From assembly GCF_963921235.1 (NCBI RefSeq), contig NC_086108.1, forward strand, positions 84,570,001 through 84,634,000: DNA of 64,000 nucleotides, in the 5' to 3' direction. The notes under the pieces are model-generated. The model saw only the letters and a list, made by a program, of their open reading frames with translations. It had not been told where the DNA came from and ran no database searches. The stretch comes from Mobula hypostoma. Lineage: Eukaryota. Both the position numbers and the translations under genes were made by a program. Positions 38,428 to 51,585 of this stretch are shown here, piece by piece; the stretch's first letter is position 1; each line of letters begins with the position of its first letter.

Positions 38428-41400
38428 ACATAGAACATAGAATAGTACAGCACAGTACAGGCCCTTCGGCCCACAATGTTGTGCTGACCCTCAAACCCTG
38501 CCTTCCATATAAGCCCCCACCTTAAATTCCTCCATATACCTGTCTAGTAGTCTCTTAAACTTCACTAGTGTATCTGCCTCCACCACTGACTCAGGCAGTG
38601 CATTCCACGCACCAACCACTCTCTGAGTAAAAACCTTCCTCTAATATCCCCCTTGAACTTCCCACCCCTTACCTTAAAGCCATGTCCTCTTGTATTGAGC
38701 AGTGGTGCCCTGGGGAAGAGGCGCTGGCTATCCACTCTATCAATTCCTCTTATTATCTTGTACATCTCTATCATGTCTCCTCTCATCCTCCTTCTCTCCA
38801 AAGAGTAAAGCCCCAGCTCCCTTAATCTCTGATCATAATGCATACTTTCTAAACCAGGCAGCATCCTGGTAAATCTCTTCTGTATCCTTTCCAATGCTTC
38901 CACATCCTTCCTATAGTGAGGCGACCAGAACTGGACACAGTACTCCAAGTGTAGCCTAACCAGAGTTTTACAGAGCTGCATCATTACATCACGACTCTTA
39001 AACTCAATCCCTCGACTTATGAAAGCTAACACCCCATAAGCTTTCTTAACTACCCTATCCACCTGTGAGGCAACTTTCAGGGATCTCTGGACATGTACCC
39101 GGAGATCCCTCTGCTCCTCCACACTACCAAGTATCCTACCATTTACTTTGTACTCTGCCTTGGAGTTTGTCCTTCCAAAGTGTACCACCTCACACTACTC
39201 TGGGTTGAACTCCATCTGCCACTTCTCAGCCCACTTCTGCATCCTATCAATGTCTCTCTGCAATCTTTGACAATCCTCTACATGATCCACAACACCACCA
39301 ACCTTTGTGTCGTCTGCAAATTTGCCAACCCACCCTTCTACCCCCACATCCAGGTTGTTAATAAAAATCATGAAAAGTAGAGGTCCCAGAACAGATCCTT
39401 GTGGGACTCCACTAGTCACAATCCTCCAATCTGAATGTACTCCCTCCACCATCACCCTCTGCCTTCTGCAGGCAAGCCAATTCTGAATCCACCTGGCCAA
39501 ACTTCCCTGGATCCCATGCCTTCCAACTTCCTGAATAAGCCTACCATATGGAACCTTGTCAAATGCCTTACTAAAATCCATATAGATCACATCCACTGCA
39601 TTACCCTCATCTATATGCCTGGTCACCTCCTCAAAGAACTCTATCAGGCTTGTTAGACACGATCTGCCCTTCACAAAGCTGACTGTCCCTGATCAGACAA
39701 CGATTCTCTAAATGCCTATAGATCCTATCTCTAAGAATCTTTTCCAACAGCTTTCCCACCACAGATGTAAGACTCACTGGTCTATAATTACCCGGACTAC
39801 CCCTACTACCTTTTTTGAACAAGGGGACAACATTCGCCTTCCTCCAATCCTCCGGTACCATTCCTGTGGACAACGAGGACATAAAGATCCTAGCCAGAGG
39901 CTCAGCAATCTCTTCTCTCGCCTCGTGGAGCAGCCTGGGGAATATTCTGTGAGGCCCCGGGGACTTATCCGTCCTAATGTATTTTAACAACTCCAACACC
40001 TCCTCTCCCTTAATATCAACATGCTCCAGAACATCAACCTCACTCATATTGTCCTCACCATCATCAAGTTCCCTCTCATTGGTGAATACCGAAGAGAAGT
40101 ATTCATTGAGGACCTCGCTCACATCCATAGCCTCCAGGCACATCTTCCTACCTTTATCTCTAATCGGTCCTAGCTTCACTCCTGTCATCCTTTTGTTCTT
40201 CACATAATTGAAGAATGCCTTGGGGTTTTCCTTTACCCTACTTGCCAAGGCCTTCTCATGCCCCCTTCTTGGTCTTCTCAGCTCCTTTTTAAGCTCCTTT
40301 CTTGCTTCCTTATATTCTTCAATAGACCCATCTGATCCTTGCTTCCTAAACCTCATGTATGCTGCCTTCTTCCACCTGACTAGATTTCCACCTCACTTGT
40401 CACCACATAGTATCAATTCCAAAGAAGAAGCATACAAATTAGCCAGAGAAAGTGGCTCACCTGAGGACTGGGAGAAATTCAGAGTTCAGCAGAGGAGGAC
40501 AAAGGGCTTAATTAGGAAGGGGAAAAAAGATTATGAGAGAAAACTAGCAAGGAACATAAAAACTGACTGTAAAAGCTTTTATAGATATGTAAAAAGGAAA
40601 AGACTGGTAAAGACAAATGTAGGTCCCCTGCAGACAGAAACAGGTGAATTGATTATGGGGAGCAAGGACATGGCAGACCAATTGAATAATTACTTTGGTT
40701 CTGTCTTCACTAAGGAGGACATAAATAATCTTCCAGAAATAGTAGGGGACAGAGGGTCCAGTGAGATGGAGGAACTGAGCGAAATACATGTTAATAGGGA
40801 AGTGGTGTTAGGTAAATTGAAGGGATTGAAGGCAGATAAATCCCCAGGGCCAGATGGTCTGCATCCTAGAGTGCTTAAGGAAGTAGCCCAAGAAATAGTG
40901 GATGCATTAGTGATAATTTTTCAAAACTCGTTAGATTCTGGACTAGTTCCTGAGGATTGGAGGGTGGCTAATGTAACCCCAATTTTTAAAAAAGGAGGGA
41001 GAGAGAAACCAGGGAATTACAGACTGGTCAGCCTAACGTCGGTGGTGGGGAAACTGCTGGAGTCAGTTATCAAAGATGTGATAACAGCACATTTGGAAAG
41101 CGGTGAAATCATCGGACAAAGTCAGCATGGATTTGTGAAAGGAAAATCATGTCTGACGAATCTCATAGAATTTTTTGAGGATGTAACTAGTAGAGTGGAT
41201 AGGGGAGAACCAGTGGATGTGGTATATTTGGATTTTCAAAAGGCTTTTGACAAGGTCCCACACAGGAGATTAGTGTGCAAAGTTAAAGCACACGGTATTG
41301 GGGGTAAGGTATTGGTGTGGGTGGAGAATTGGTTAGCAGACAGGAAGCAAAGAGTGGGAATAAACGGGACCTTTTCAGAATGGCAGGCGGTGACTAGTGG

Positions 41401-42565
41401 GGTACCGCAAGGCTCAGTGCTGGGACCCCAGTTGTTTACAATATATATTAATGACTTGGATTAAGGAATTAAATGCAGCATCTCCAAGTTTGCGGATGAC
41501 ACGAAGCTGGGTGGCAGTGTTAGCTGTGAGGAGGATGCTAAGAGGATGCAGAGTGACTTGGATAGGTTGGGTGAGTGGGCAAATTCATGGCAGATGCAAT
41601 TTAATGTGGATAAATGTGAAGTTATCCACTTTGGTGGCAAAAATAGGAAAACAGATTATTATCTGAATGGTGGCCGATTAGGAAAAGGGGAGGTGCAACG
41701 AGACCTGGGTGTCATTATACACCAGTCATTGAAAGTGGGCATGCAGGTACAGCAGGCGGTGAAAAAGGTGAATGGTATGCTGGCATTTATAGCGAGAGGA
41801 TTCGAGTACAGGAGCAGGGAGGTACTACTGCAGTTGTACAAGGCCTTGGTGAGACCACACCTGGAGTATTGTGTGCAGTTTTGGTCCCCTAATCTGAGGA
41901 AAGACATCCTTGCCATAGAGGGAGTACAAAGAAGGTTCACCAGATTGATTCCTGGGATGGCAGGACTTTCATATGAAGAACGACTGGATGAACTGGGCTT
42001 GTACTCGTTGGAATTTAGAAGATTGAGGGGGGATCTGATTGAAACGTACAAAATCCTAAAGGGATTGGACAGGCTAGATGCAGGAAGATTGTTCTCGATG
42101 TTGGGGAAGTCCAGAACGAGGGGTCACAGTTTGAGGATAAAAGGGAAGCCTTTTAGGACCGAGATTAGGAAAAACTTCTTCACACAGAGAGTGGCGAATC
42201 TGTGGAATTCTCTGCCACAGGAAACAGTTGAGACCAGTTCATTGGCTATATTTAAGAGGGAGTTAGATATGGCCCTTGTGGCTACGGGGATCAGGGGGTA
42301 TGGAGGGAAGGCTGGGGCGGGGTTCTGAGTTGGATGATCAGCCATGATCATAATAAATGGCGGTGCAGGCTCGAAGGGCCGAATGGCCTACTCCTGCACC
42401 TATTTTCTATGTTTCTATGTTACCATGTTCCTTCACCGTACCATTCTTTATCTTCCTCACCGGGACAAATTTATCCCTAACATCCTGCAAGAGATCTCTA
42501 AACATTGACCACATGTCCATAGTACATTTCCCTGCAAGAACATCATCCCAATTCACACCCGCAAG
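38428..42565 (-). mobile_element. CR1 'B' nested in CR1-A and itself split by CR1-C
   Basis: Tail (TTCTATG)n at 38428-38445. ORFs 38565-40356 cover the RT and C-terminus. It resumes at 42420-42565. Confidence 0.88.
40406..42419 (+). mobile_element. CR1 'C', young and 5'-truncated, with a nearly intact ORF2 RT half
   Basis: ORFs 40208..41464 and 41546..42328 are in the same frame, separated by one TAA. The 3' UTR and TTTTCTATGTTTCTATG tail are intact. Confidence 0.95.
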
Positions 42566-42946
42566 TTTTCTAACTTGTTTGTTCCTTTCTCTCTCTCGTG
42601 CTATTATAATGGAGATAGCATTATTATCACTATCTCCAAAATGCTCCCCCACTGAGAGATCTGACACCTGACCAGGTTCATTTCCCAATAGCAAATCAAG
42701 TACAGCCTCTTCTCTTGTAGGCTTATCTACATGTTGTGTCAAGAAACCTTCCTGAACACACCTAACAAACCCACTCCATCCAAACCCATTGCTCTAGAGA
42801 GATGCCAATCGATATTTGGGAAATTAGAATCTCCCATCATGACAACTCTTATTATTACACCTTTCCAGGATCTGTTTCCCTGTCTGCTCCTTGATATCCC
42901 TGTTACCATTGGGCGGCCTATAAAAAACACCCAGTAAAGTTATTCG

Positions 42947-43079
42947 TAAACACAAAATACTCTGCAGATACTGGGGTCAAAGCAACATGCACAACACGCT
43001 GGAGGAACTCAGCAGGTCGGGCAGCATCCGTGGAAATGAAGAGTCAACATTTTGGGCTGAGACCCTTCATCAGGACTGA
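42947..43079 (-). mobile_element. Penelope-derived terminal-repeat fragment with a decayed hammerhead
   Basis: Contains GGAGGAACTCAGCAGG. Minus strand reads agtc-CTGATGA-agggtctcagccc-AAAA-tGTT-gact, so both GAAA and GUC are mutated. Confidence 0.75.
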
Positions 43080-43569
43080 GCCATCCAAGTCTCTGTAATA
43101 GCCACCACATCATATCTCTAAGTACTGATCCACGCTCTAAGCTCATCCACTTTGTTCACAACACTCCTTGTGTTAAAATAGACACATCCCAAACCTTCGG
43201 TCTGAGCGCATCCCTTCTCTATTACCTGCCTATCCTCCCTCTTGCACTGTCTGCTAGCTTTCTCTATTTGTGAGCCAACCTCCTCTTCCCCAGCCTCTTC
43301 AGTTCAGTTCCCACTAAGTCACCCCTAAGCCTCCAGTGTGTTTCTACGGATTCTCAGACTTGCAAACACTGGGCCATCAACTTTGGACTTAAGCCAGGAG
43401 GACAATCATGGGCTCTGGTAGCTACATATATTTTCCCAGTACAAAACATGCCCTTGTTATCTACTAACCACCTATCTGCAGATGCACATAACCTCGAGGT
43501 TAGCTATCTATTATTTGGAATGTTGGTTAATGTAGCACATTCCTACAGAGTCCTTTCATGTGGTGTCAT

Positions 43570-44307
43570 GCCCACAATGTTGTGCTGACCCTCAAAACCT
43601 GCCTCCCATATAACCTCCCACCTTAAATTCCTCCATATAGCTGTCCAGTAGTCTCTTAAACTTCACTAGTGTATCTGCCTCCACCACTGAGTCAGGCAGT
43701 GCATTCCACGCACCAACCACTCTCTGAGTAAAAAACCTTCCTCTAATATCTCCTTTGAACTTTCTACCCCTTACCTTAAAGCCATGTCCTCTTGTATTGA
43801 GCAGTGGTGCCCTGGGGAAGAGGCGCTGGCTATCCACTCTATCTATTCCTCTTAATATCTCATACATCTCTATCATGTCTCTCATACATCTCTATCATGT
43901 CTCCTCCTTCACTCCAAAGAATAAAGCTCTAGCTCCCTTAATCTCTGATCATAATGCATACTTTCTAAACCAGGCAGCATCCTGGTAAATCTCCTCTGTA
44001 CCCTTTCCAATGCTTCCACATCCTTCCTATAGTGAGGCGACCAGAACTGGACACAGTACTCCAAGTGTGGCCTAACCAGAGTTTTATAGAGCTGCATCAT
44101 TACATCACGACTCTTAAACTCTGTCCCTCGACTTATGAAAGCTAACACCCCATAAGCTTTGTTAACTACCCTATCTACCTGTGAGGCAACTTTCATGTAC
44201 CCACAGATCCCTCTGCTCCTCCACACTACCAAGTATCCTGCCATTTACTTTGTACTCTGCCTTGGAGTTTGTCCTTCCGAAGTATACCACCTCACACTTC
44301 TCCGGGT
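43570..44307 (-). mobile_element. CR1-B family 3' fragment
   Basis: Closely similar to 38469-39205, with small deletions (ORFs 43592..43885 and 43909..44244). Confidence 0.9.
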
Positions 44308-44775
44308 GTTATGGATGGCTTTTGATGTCTTGTGCTGGTTAAGTAGTTAAATACCAGTCACCAGTGTGCAATTAGAATTAGATCAGAACTGTGGGCCAGA
44401 TGTACAGCTGGAGCTGAGGTTGGGCTGGAAGCACTGGGAATCAGAGCTGGACCCAAAGTCTTGAGTATGGGCTGCGGGTGTGGCCATAACCAAGAAGGGA
44501 AGATCACTGGATGTCATTGTAGTTTTCATGCCATTTTTGTTATCCCCAGAGTGGTCTGTACTCCCACCCCTCGCAAATAAAGACGCAAGTTACTTGCTAT
44601 GTTACCAACTTTAGTAACATCCACAACTTTAAAATTGTATTCTTAAATTATAATCGTGATTTAAATTAACATCTGCCATCTACTTCTTTCATCTTATCTA
44701 ATATGTTGCTCCCTAACAGGGCTACATGAAGCTCATCCTTTTCCCGAATATGCAGAACATTATGGGGAGAAAGGA

Positions 44776-45560
44776 AACACAAGAGACAGCAGACGCTGAA
44801 ATATGTTGCACACAAAATATAGACCTCAACAGGTCAGGTATTGTCTATGGATGGAAATGGATAGTTAACGTTTCAGGAAGAGTTCCTTCATCTGATCTGG
44901 AGACCCAAATCTAGATGAAGGATCTTGATTTGGAGTCCTTTGGCAGTCCTTTCTTCTCTACATATGCTGCCTGACCTGCTGAGTTCCTCCGGTGCTTTGT
45001 GTGTTGCTGGAGGGAAAGGAATCTGAACATCGACCTGAAACGTCAACAACTCTTTTTCTTCCACAGCAGCTGCTTGGCCTGCTGAGCCTTTCCAGCAATT
45101 TCACCAGTCTCACAACTTATTTAATTTCTGTAGTCTTGTAAGGAACTTTGATTCCCTTTTCTGTTACTGCACTTCCTTTGATATTTTGATAAATTTTTCC
45201 GGGTAACCGGAGATGTCACCACTCTTCTCATTTCTGATCATGCAAGAATCCAAATCGTCCCACGAAGTGAAGCAGCAATTCACATACATTTCTTCCAGTC
45301 TCTGCGCTGCATTACATTGGCAATGCAGTCTCCTTTAGTCAGGAAGCAACGTGCAGATTGAATGCCTGCTTTGTAGTGCCCCTGCATTGAGCTTGTAGCT
45401 GCAATGTAGTGCTGTCTGTTTATCCTTTTAATTACTTATCTCATTCAGATGCATCTGTATCCTCCTGCACTGAAAACAAGTACAAAGACCTCCAACTTCC
45501 ATCTTGTGACATAACAGCCTTCCCCGCCCAGTATTAAATTCTACAATGTAAGGCATTTCA
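44776..45560. mobile_element. Old Penelope-like remnants: inverted terminal-repeat pair and a decayed GIY-YIG segment
   Basis: 44776-44893 and 44912-45008 are opposite-orientation copies of the Penelope terminal repeat. 45240-45550 is a degenerate plus-strand equivalent of the GIY-YIG region at 62800-63140. Confidence 0.6.
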
Positions 45561-47169
45561 CCTTATTTGTCTGACTTGCAGAAGTCAGTCTGATGCAAGC
45601 AACTGTGTTACTGGCTCAGTTTTTCCTGCAAGCTTTAGAACAACATGAATGCTATATGCAAAGAAACTAAATATTAAAAATGTTATTCAAAGCATTGTTC
45701 AAAAGCAGTCCTTCTCCTGCTATTTAAGTCAATACCTCCCATTCAACCAATACCACCACCTCCTACACATCATTATGCTTTCTAGAAGAGGTTCAGAGGT
45801 TCTTTTGAGATATGGCTCAATGTATGCTGGTCGCTACACAAGCTCAAAACACATGACAAACATACCCTTCAGGCACTTTGAGACTTAAGGTGCATGGGAA
45901 ATGTAGTTTTCCAGCTGTACTTCAGATATTGATATGCTGAAGACCACTGAATGCCAAATCTAGATACAATTATCTTGAACTTCACTTACATTTATACTCA
46001 ATGCGTGGCTGAACTCAGTTTCACTGTGTTCTAAATAGACATAAAATGTCAATTGAAAATCAATAATTCAAAAAAAAATACAGAGTTTAAAGAACTACTT
46101 ATCATCCATTCGGACTCCTGTTTTTTTTAGATGCAATGTTACAATCCATATTTGCAAGAACTAAAAGGGAATGCTTTAAATCCCAAGGTGGTCATATCTA
46201 GAATATTCCTCAGTATTGTTCAGAGAAGTAACATGTTATTACCTGATTTCTTTGTAACTCCAGATCCATCAACATGGTTGACGTGACTAAGTGGCGTCGC
46301 TCAGTTGGAAGGACAATAAAAAATGAAGCACATGCTTACTTCTGAAACAGAAAGCTTAAGAACTTTCTTTCACCAGTATGCACAACAATAAAGATTCCCC
46401 AGTCGAATTACCGAAGTTCCACTTTATTTTTGTTGTAATTGTGTTCTTTCTTTTGAAAATTGCATACAATTGATGTTTATGTTTTCCTTGTGAATGCTAC
46501 ATGCATAAGTTTTCCATTTGCACAAGTACTTGGTGCAACACAGGCAGGATGACAATAAACTCTACTTTGACTCGTTGAAAGATGAAAGTAATAAATTTCC
46601 AAGATACCTTAACATATTTTATTTTTAGTACCAAGGACAAAATGAAAGAAAGTTAAAGCTCTAAGGATGAGTATGGATCGCAGACCGAGGACTTGTACTT
46701 TATTAGATCCATCAGGTAAAGAAAATATATGTTGCAGTAAAATTCTTATCACATGTTTTGCTATTGCTTGAAATCCCAAAGGCTTTACTAGCTCTGGCTC
46801 ATCAGAGAATGTTACATATGCTGGGTGTCTATTCCTCATGCTGCCTGTAACATTGCCAAGTTCAACAGAAAATTATATTTTTATGTAACTAGTAAAAATA
46901 TGGTGCATTACAGGAACACCAAAATCTACAAATCTGGTCTCAAAGTGCCAAGGATGTCTGATAAAGACGAGAAAATCTACAGATGCTTGAAATCCAAGCA
47001 ACACACACAAAATGCTGGAGGAACTCAGCAGGCCAGGCAGCATCTATGAAAAAGAACAAAATGTCATATTGCTATGGAAAAGAGGATGTCAGTTTTACTT
47101 AAACTGAATCTTGAAAGATGTTCGGGGGGGGAAAACGCAATAAGGCACTAGCTGGACTCGACTAGAAGA

Positions 47170-50100
47170 CCACAACACATAGGAGCAGAATTATGTCTTC
47201 TGGTCCATCGAGTCTGCTCCACCACTTAATCATGGGTAATTCTTTTTCCCCCTCCTCAGCCTTCTCCCCATAACCTTTGATGCCCTGTCCAATCAAGAAC
47301 CTATCAAGTTGTGTCTTAAATACACCCAATGACCCGGCCTTCACAGCTGCCTGATATTATAAATTCCACAAATTCACCACCCTCTGGCTAAAGAAATTTC
47401 TCCATACCTGTTTTAAATGGATGCCCCTCTACCCTAAAGCTGTGCTCTCTTGTCCTTAACTTCCCCACCATGGGGAAACATCCTTTTCACATCTAATCTG
47501 TCTAGGCCTTTCAACATTCAGAAGGTTTCAATGAGATCCCCTCTCATCCTTCTAAATTCCAGTAAGTACAGCCCCAGAGCTATCAAACCTTTCTCGTATG
47601 ATAACCCGTTCATTCCTGGAATCATCCTTGTGAACCACCTCTGAACCCTCTGCAATGCCAGCACATCTTTTCCTAGATGTGGAGCCCAAAACTGTTCACA
47701 ATACTCAAGGTGAGGCCTCGCCAGTGCCTTAAAGAGCCTCAGCATCACATCCCTGCTCTTGTATTCTAGACCTCTTGAAATGAATGCTAACATTGCACTT
47801 GCCTTCCTCACCACCAACTCTACCTACAAATAAACTATTAGGGTGTTCTGCACAAGGACTCCGAAGTCCCTTTGGATGTCAGATTTTTGGATTTTCTCCC
47901 TGTTTAGAAAATACTCTGCATATTTATTTCTACTACCAAAGTACATGACATGCATTTTCCAACATTGTACTTCATTTGCCACTCTCTTGCCCATTCTTCT
48001 AATTTGTCCAAGTCCTTCTGCAGCCTACTGGTTTCCTCAACACTACCTGCCCCTCCACCATGTTTGTATCATCTGCAAACTTGGCAACAAAGGCATCTAT
48101 TTCATCATCTAAATCATTGACATACACCATAAAAAGCAGTCCCAACACTGAACCCTGCGGAACACCACTAGTTACTGGCAGCCAACCAGAAAAGGATCCT
48201 TTTATTCCCACTCACTGCCTCCTACCAATCAGCCACTGCTCTAATTGTGCCACTAACTTCCTGTAATTTCATGGGCTCATAACGTGGTAAGCAGCCTCAT
48301 GTGTGGTACCTTGTCAAAGGCTTTCTGAAAGTCCAAATATACAACATCCACTGCATCCCCTTTATCTATTCTATGTGTAATCTCCTCAAATAATTCCAAC
48401 AGGTTCGTCAGGCAAGATTTTCTCTTAAGTAAACCAAACTGACTTTGTCCAATCCTGTCCTTTGTCACTAAGTACTCTATAACCTCATCCATAGCAGTTG
48501 ACTCTGACATCCTTCCGAACACTGAGGTCAGGTTAACTGGTCTATATAATTTCTCTTCTGCTGCCTTCCTCCATTCTTAAAGAGTGGAATGACATTTGCA
48601 ATTTTCCAGTCCTCTGACACCATGCCAGATTCCAGAGATTTTTGAAAGATCATTACTAATGCCTCCACAATCTCTACTGCTACCACTTTCAGAACACCAG
48701 GGTGCAGTTCACCTGGTCCAGGTGACTTATGTATCCTTAGGTCTTTCAGCTTTTTGAGCACCTCCTCCCTTGTAATAGGAACTGCGCTCACTTCTCTTCC
48801 CCTGCACCTTCAATATCTGGCACAAAACACTCATTTGGTTCATCTGCCATCTCCTTCATTTTCTAGTTTTCATATTTCATCTTTTCCCTAATGATTCTTT
48901 TAGCTGCTCTTTTTAGGGTTTTAAAAGCTTTCCAATCCTCTGTCTTCCCACTAAGTTTGCTTTGTTGTATGCCCTCTCTTCTGCTTTTACATTAGCTTTG
49001 ACTTCCCTCCTCAGCCACGGTTGTACTATTTTGCCATTTGAGTACGTATTTGTTTTTGGAATACATCTATCTTGTACCTTCCTCATTTTTCCTAGAAATT
49101 CATAACATTGCTGTTCTGCTGTCATCCCTTCCAACTTGCTTTGGTCAACTCCTCTCTCAATCCCACTGTAATTTCCTTTACTCCACTGAAATACTGTTGC
49201 ATCAGGCTTTACTTTCCCCCTGTCAGATTTCAAGTTGAACTCAATCATATTGTGATCACAATAAAGGGTTCCTTTACCTTCAGCTCCCTAACCACCTCTG
49301 GTTTATTACATAACACCCAATCCAGAAAAGCTGATCTCCTAGTAGGCTGAATGATGAATTACTTTTAAAAAAACCATCTTGTAGGCATTCGACAAATTCA
49401 CTCTTGGAATCCATTTCCAACTTGACTTTCCAAACTGACCTGCGTGGTGAAATCTCACGTAACAATCAGAACATTGCTATTTTGACATGCCTTTTCTATT
49501 TCCTGTAGCAATCTGTGGTCCACGTCCCAGCTACTGTTAGGTGACCTGAATATAACTACCATCAGGGTCCTTTTACCCTTGCAGTTTCTTAACTCAAACC
49601 CTCAAGGATTCTAATTCTATGACATATCTTTCTACAGATTTATGCCATTCTTTACCAGCAGAGCCATGCTACTCCCTCAGCCGACCTTCCTTTCCCTCCG
49701 ATACAACGTGTAACTTTGGACATTCAGCTCCCAACTCCAGCCATGAACAGTGATGGGCACCACATCATACTCAACAATCTGTATACGTGCAACAAGATCA
49801 TCCACCTATTTCTTATACTCTTTGATTCTGCATCCATAAATGCACTGATATTCACCCTACTGGCTGCAGTTATGTCCTATCATCTGCCTGCCCTTTCTGA
49901 CAGTCTGACTGCATGCTATCTTTGCTTTTTTACCATTTGTCCTATCCTGAGCCCCTTCACTCCAGTTCTCACCCCACTGCGAAATTAGTTTAAACCCTCC
50001 CCAACAGCCCTAATGAATCTGCCTGCGAGAATATTGGTTCCCCTTGAGTCAAAAGTGACACATTGCACCTGAACAGGGCATAGCTCCTCCAGAAGAGATC

Positions 50101-50352
50101 CCAATGATCCAAAAACATGAAGCCCTGCCCCACCCCCCTCGCACCAGTTTCACAGCCACACATTAAATTTGCCAAATCATCCTGTGTCTACTCTCACTGG
50201 CATGTGGCACCAGCAGCAATCCAGAAATTACTACCTGGAAAATCCTGACTCTCAGCTTTCTACCTAGCTCTCTAAATTCTCTCTTCAAGACCTCTTTGCT
50301 TTTCCTTCCTATGTCATTGGTACCAATATGTACCAAGACATCTGGCTGCTCT
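47170..50352 (-). mobile_element. CR1 LINE with decayed ORF2 and the 3' part of an esterase-type ORF1
   Basis: RT motifs in ORFs 47518-48791, endonuclease remnants at 49100-49820, and ORF1 GQGFMFLDHWDLFW at 49990-50175. The 3' tail is at about 47170. Confidence 0.9.
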
Positions 50353-50519
50353 CCAAAATGACTCCATTATTCTAGTCACTCTGAATGGATCAAAATAAGT
50401 TCATCTTGACTGCACAAGACTCAAGCACACATTCCCCTACCTGCCAAGGACTAAAATTTTCTTTATTCACAAAGGATATTATAATTGAACCTTAATTTCA
50501 ACTGCCAGGTAACAGTTGT

Positions 50520-51574
50520 GTGTGTCAAAAGTTGATATAGGTGTTCCAATTGTTGCACACTGAAAAAGTTTTTTATTGAAAAGATAGAGATCAGTTATGG
50601 TGCAAATGTTTAGACCTATCATCCCCAAATATTAATGGATTTGTTTTAAATTATTAACTCATATTGATTTAGAAAACAACCTACACCATTTGTCAAGCAG
50701 TCATTTCTTTGAACTTTTCCAACATGCCTACTCTGTGAAAAATTTCCCCAGTCCTTTCACTAAGGTGACAAAATAGTTTACAGACATTATGCGCCCGAAG
50801 CACTACCTTGAACTGTATCAAGGAATGATGGGCACAAATAGATGAGTTATTAACCAAATGAAAAAGATTACTCCATTGATTATCTGAAAATGACTCCTAA
50901 AATTCCAATTCCCAAGCATGTTTAAGTTTATCATTAGATATCATTCGTGAATTCAATAACCGTTTATAGATTATAGCTATCAACCCTTTTTGAAATGGTT
51001 TAAACTGAAAGAGAACATCTGTCAAATTAAGTGGATAAATAGAAGGGTAATTTGTCAACAAACCACGTAAAAAAATCCTAATTTGTAAATATTAAAAAAA
51101 ATGTACATTAGATAAATCATATTTATCCACTAACTGAGAAAAAGACAGTAAACAATTCCCTAAAAACAAATCTGCAAAAGTATTCCCTTGGTTTTCCAAA
51201 CTAAAAAGGCCTTATTCAAAATTGATGGTTAAAAAAATAAAGATGGATATTACTAGAAAGAATAAAATTATTTAACTCAAAAAATCTACCAAACTGAAAC
51301 CAAATTAAGTGTGTCGAAAGTAGATATAGGTGATCCAATATAATTGTTGCACACTGGAATAGTTTTTCATTGAAAAGATAGAGATCAGTTATGGTGCTGT
51401 AAATGTTTAGACCCATCATCGCCAAATATTAATGGATGTTTTAAATTATTAACTCATATTGATTTAGAAAATAACCTACACCATTTGTCAAGCAGACATT
51501 TCCTTGAACTTTTCCAACATGTCTGTTCTGTGAAAAATTTCCCCAGTCCTTTGACTAAGGTGACAAAATAGTTT
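50520..51574. repeat. Direct repeat pair of about 260 bp (50520-50779 and 51309-51574)
   Basis: The copies are colinear and share long identical blocks such as ATTGAAAAGATAGAGATCAGTTATGGTGC and TTTTAAATTATTAACTCATATTGATTTAGAAAA. Both end in CTAAGGTGACAAAATAGTTT. Confidence 0.9.
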
Positions 51575-51585
51575 GTCTACTTCTT

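Larger units (their letters stand above)
35984..43315 (-). mobile_element. CR1 'A' host element (35984-38427 and about 42566-43315) carrying several nested insertions
   Basis: RT and C-terminal ORFs span 36438-38238. The sequence breaks at CACTTTT (38427) and resumes at TTTTCTAACTTGT (42566). This matches the uninterrupted homologue at 59270-59310. Confidence 0.85.

Noticed and set aside
40208..41464. 418-aa ORF with a hydrophobic, signal-peptide-like N-terminus
   Set aside because: The first 66 or so codons are antisense CR1-B sequence running into the CR1-C insertion at about 40406. It is not a secreted RT gene.
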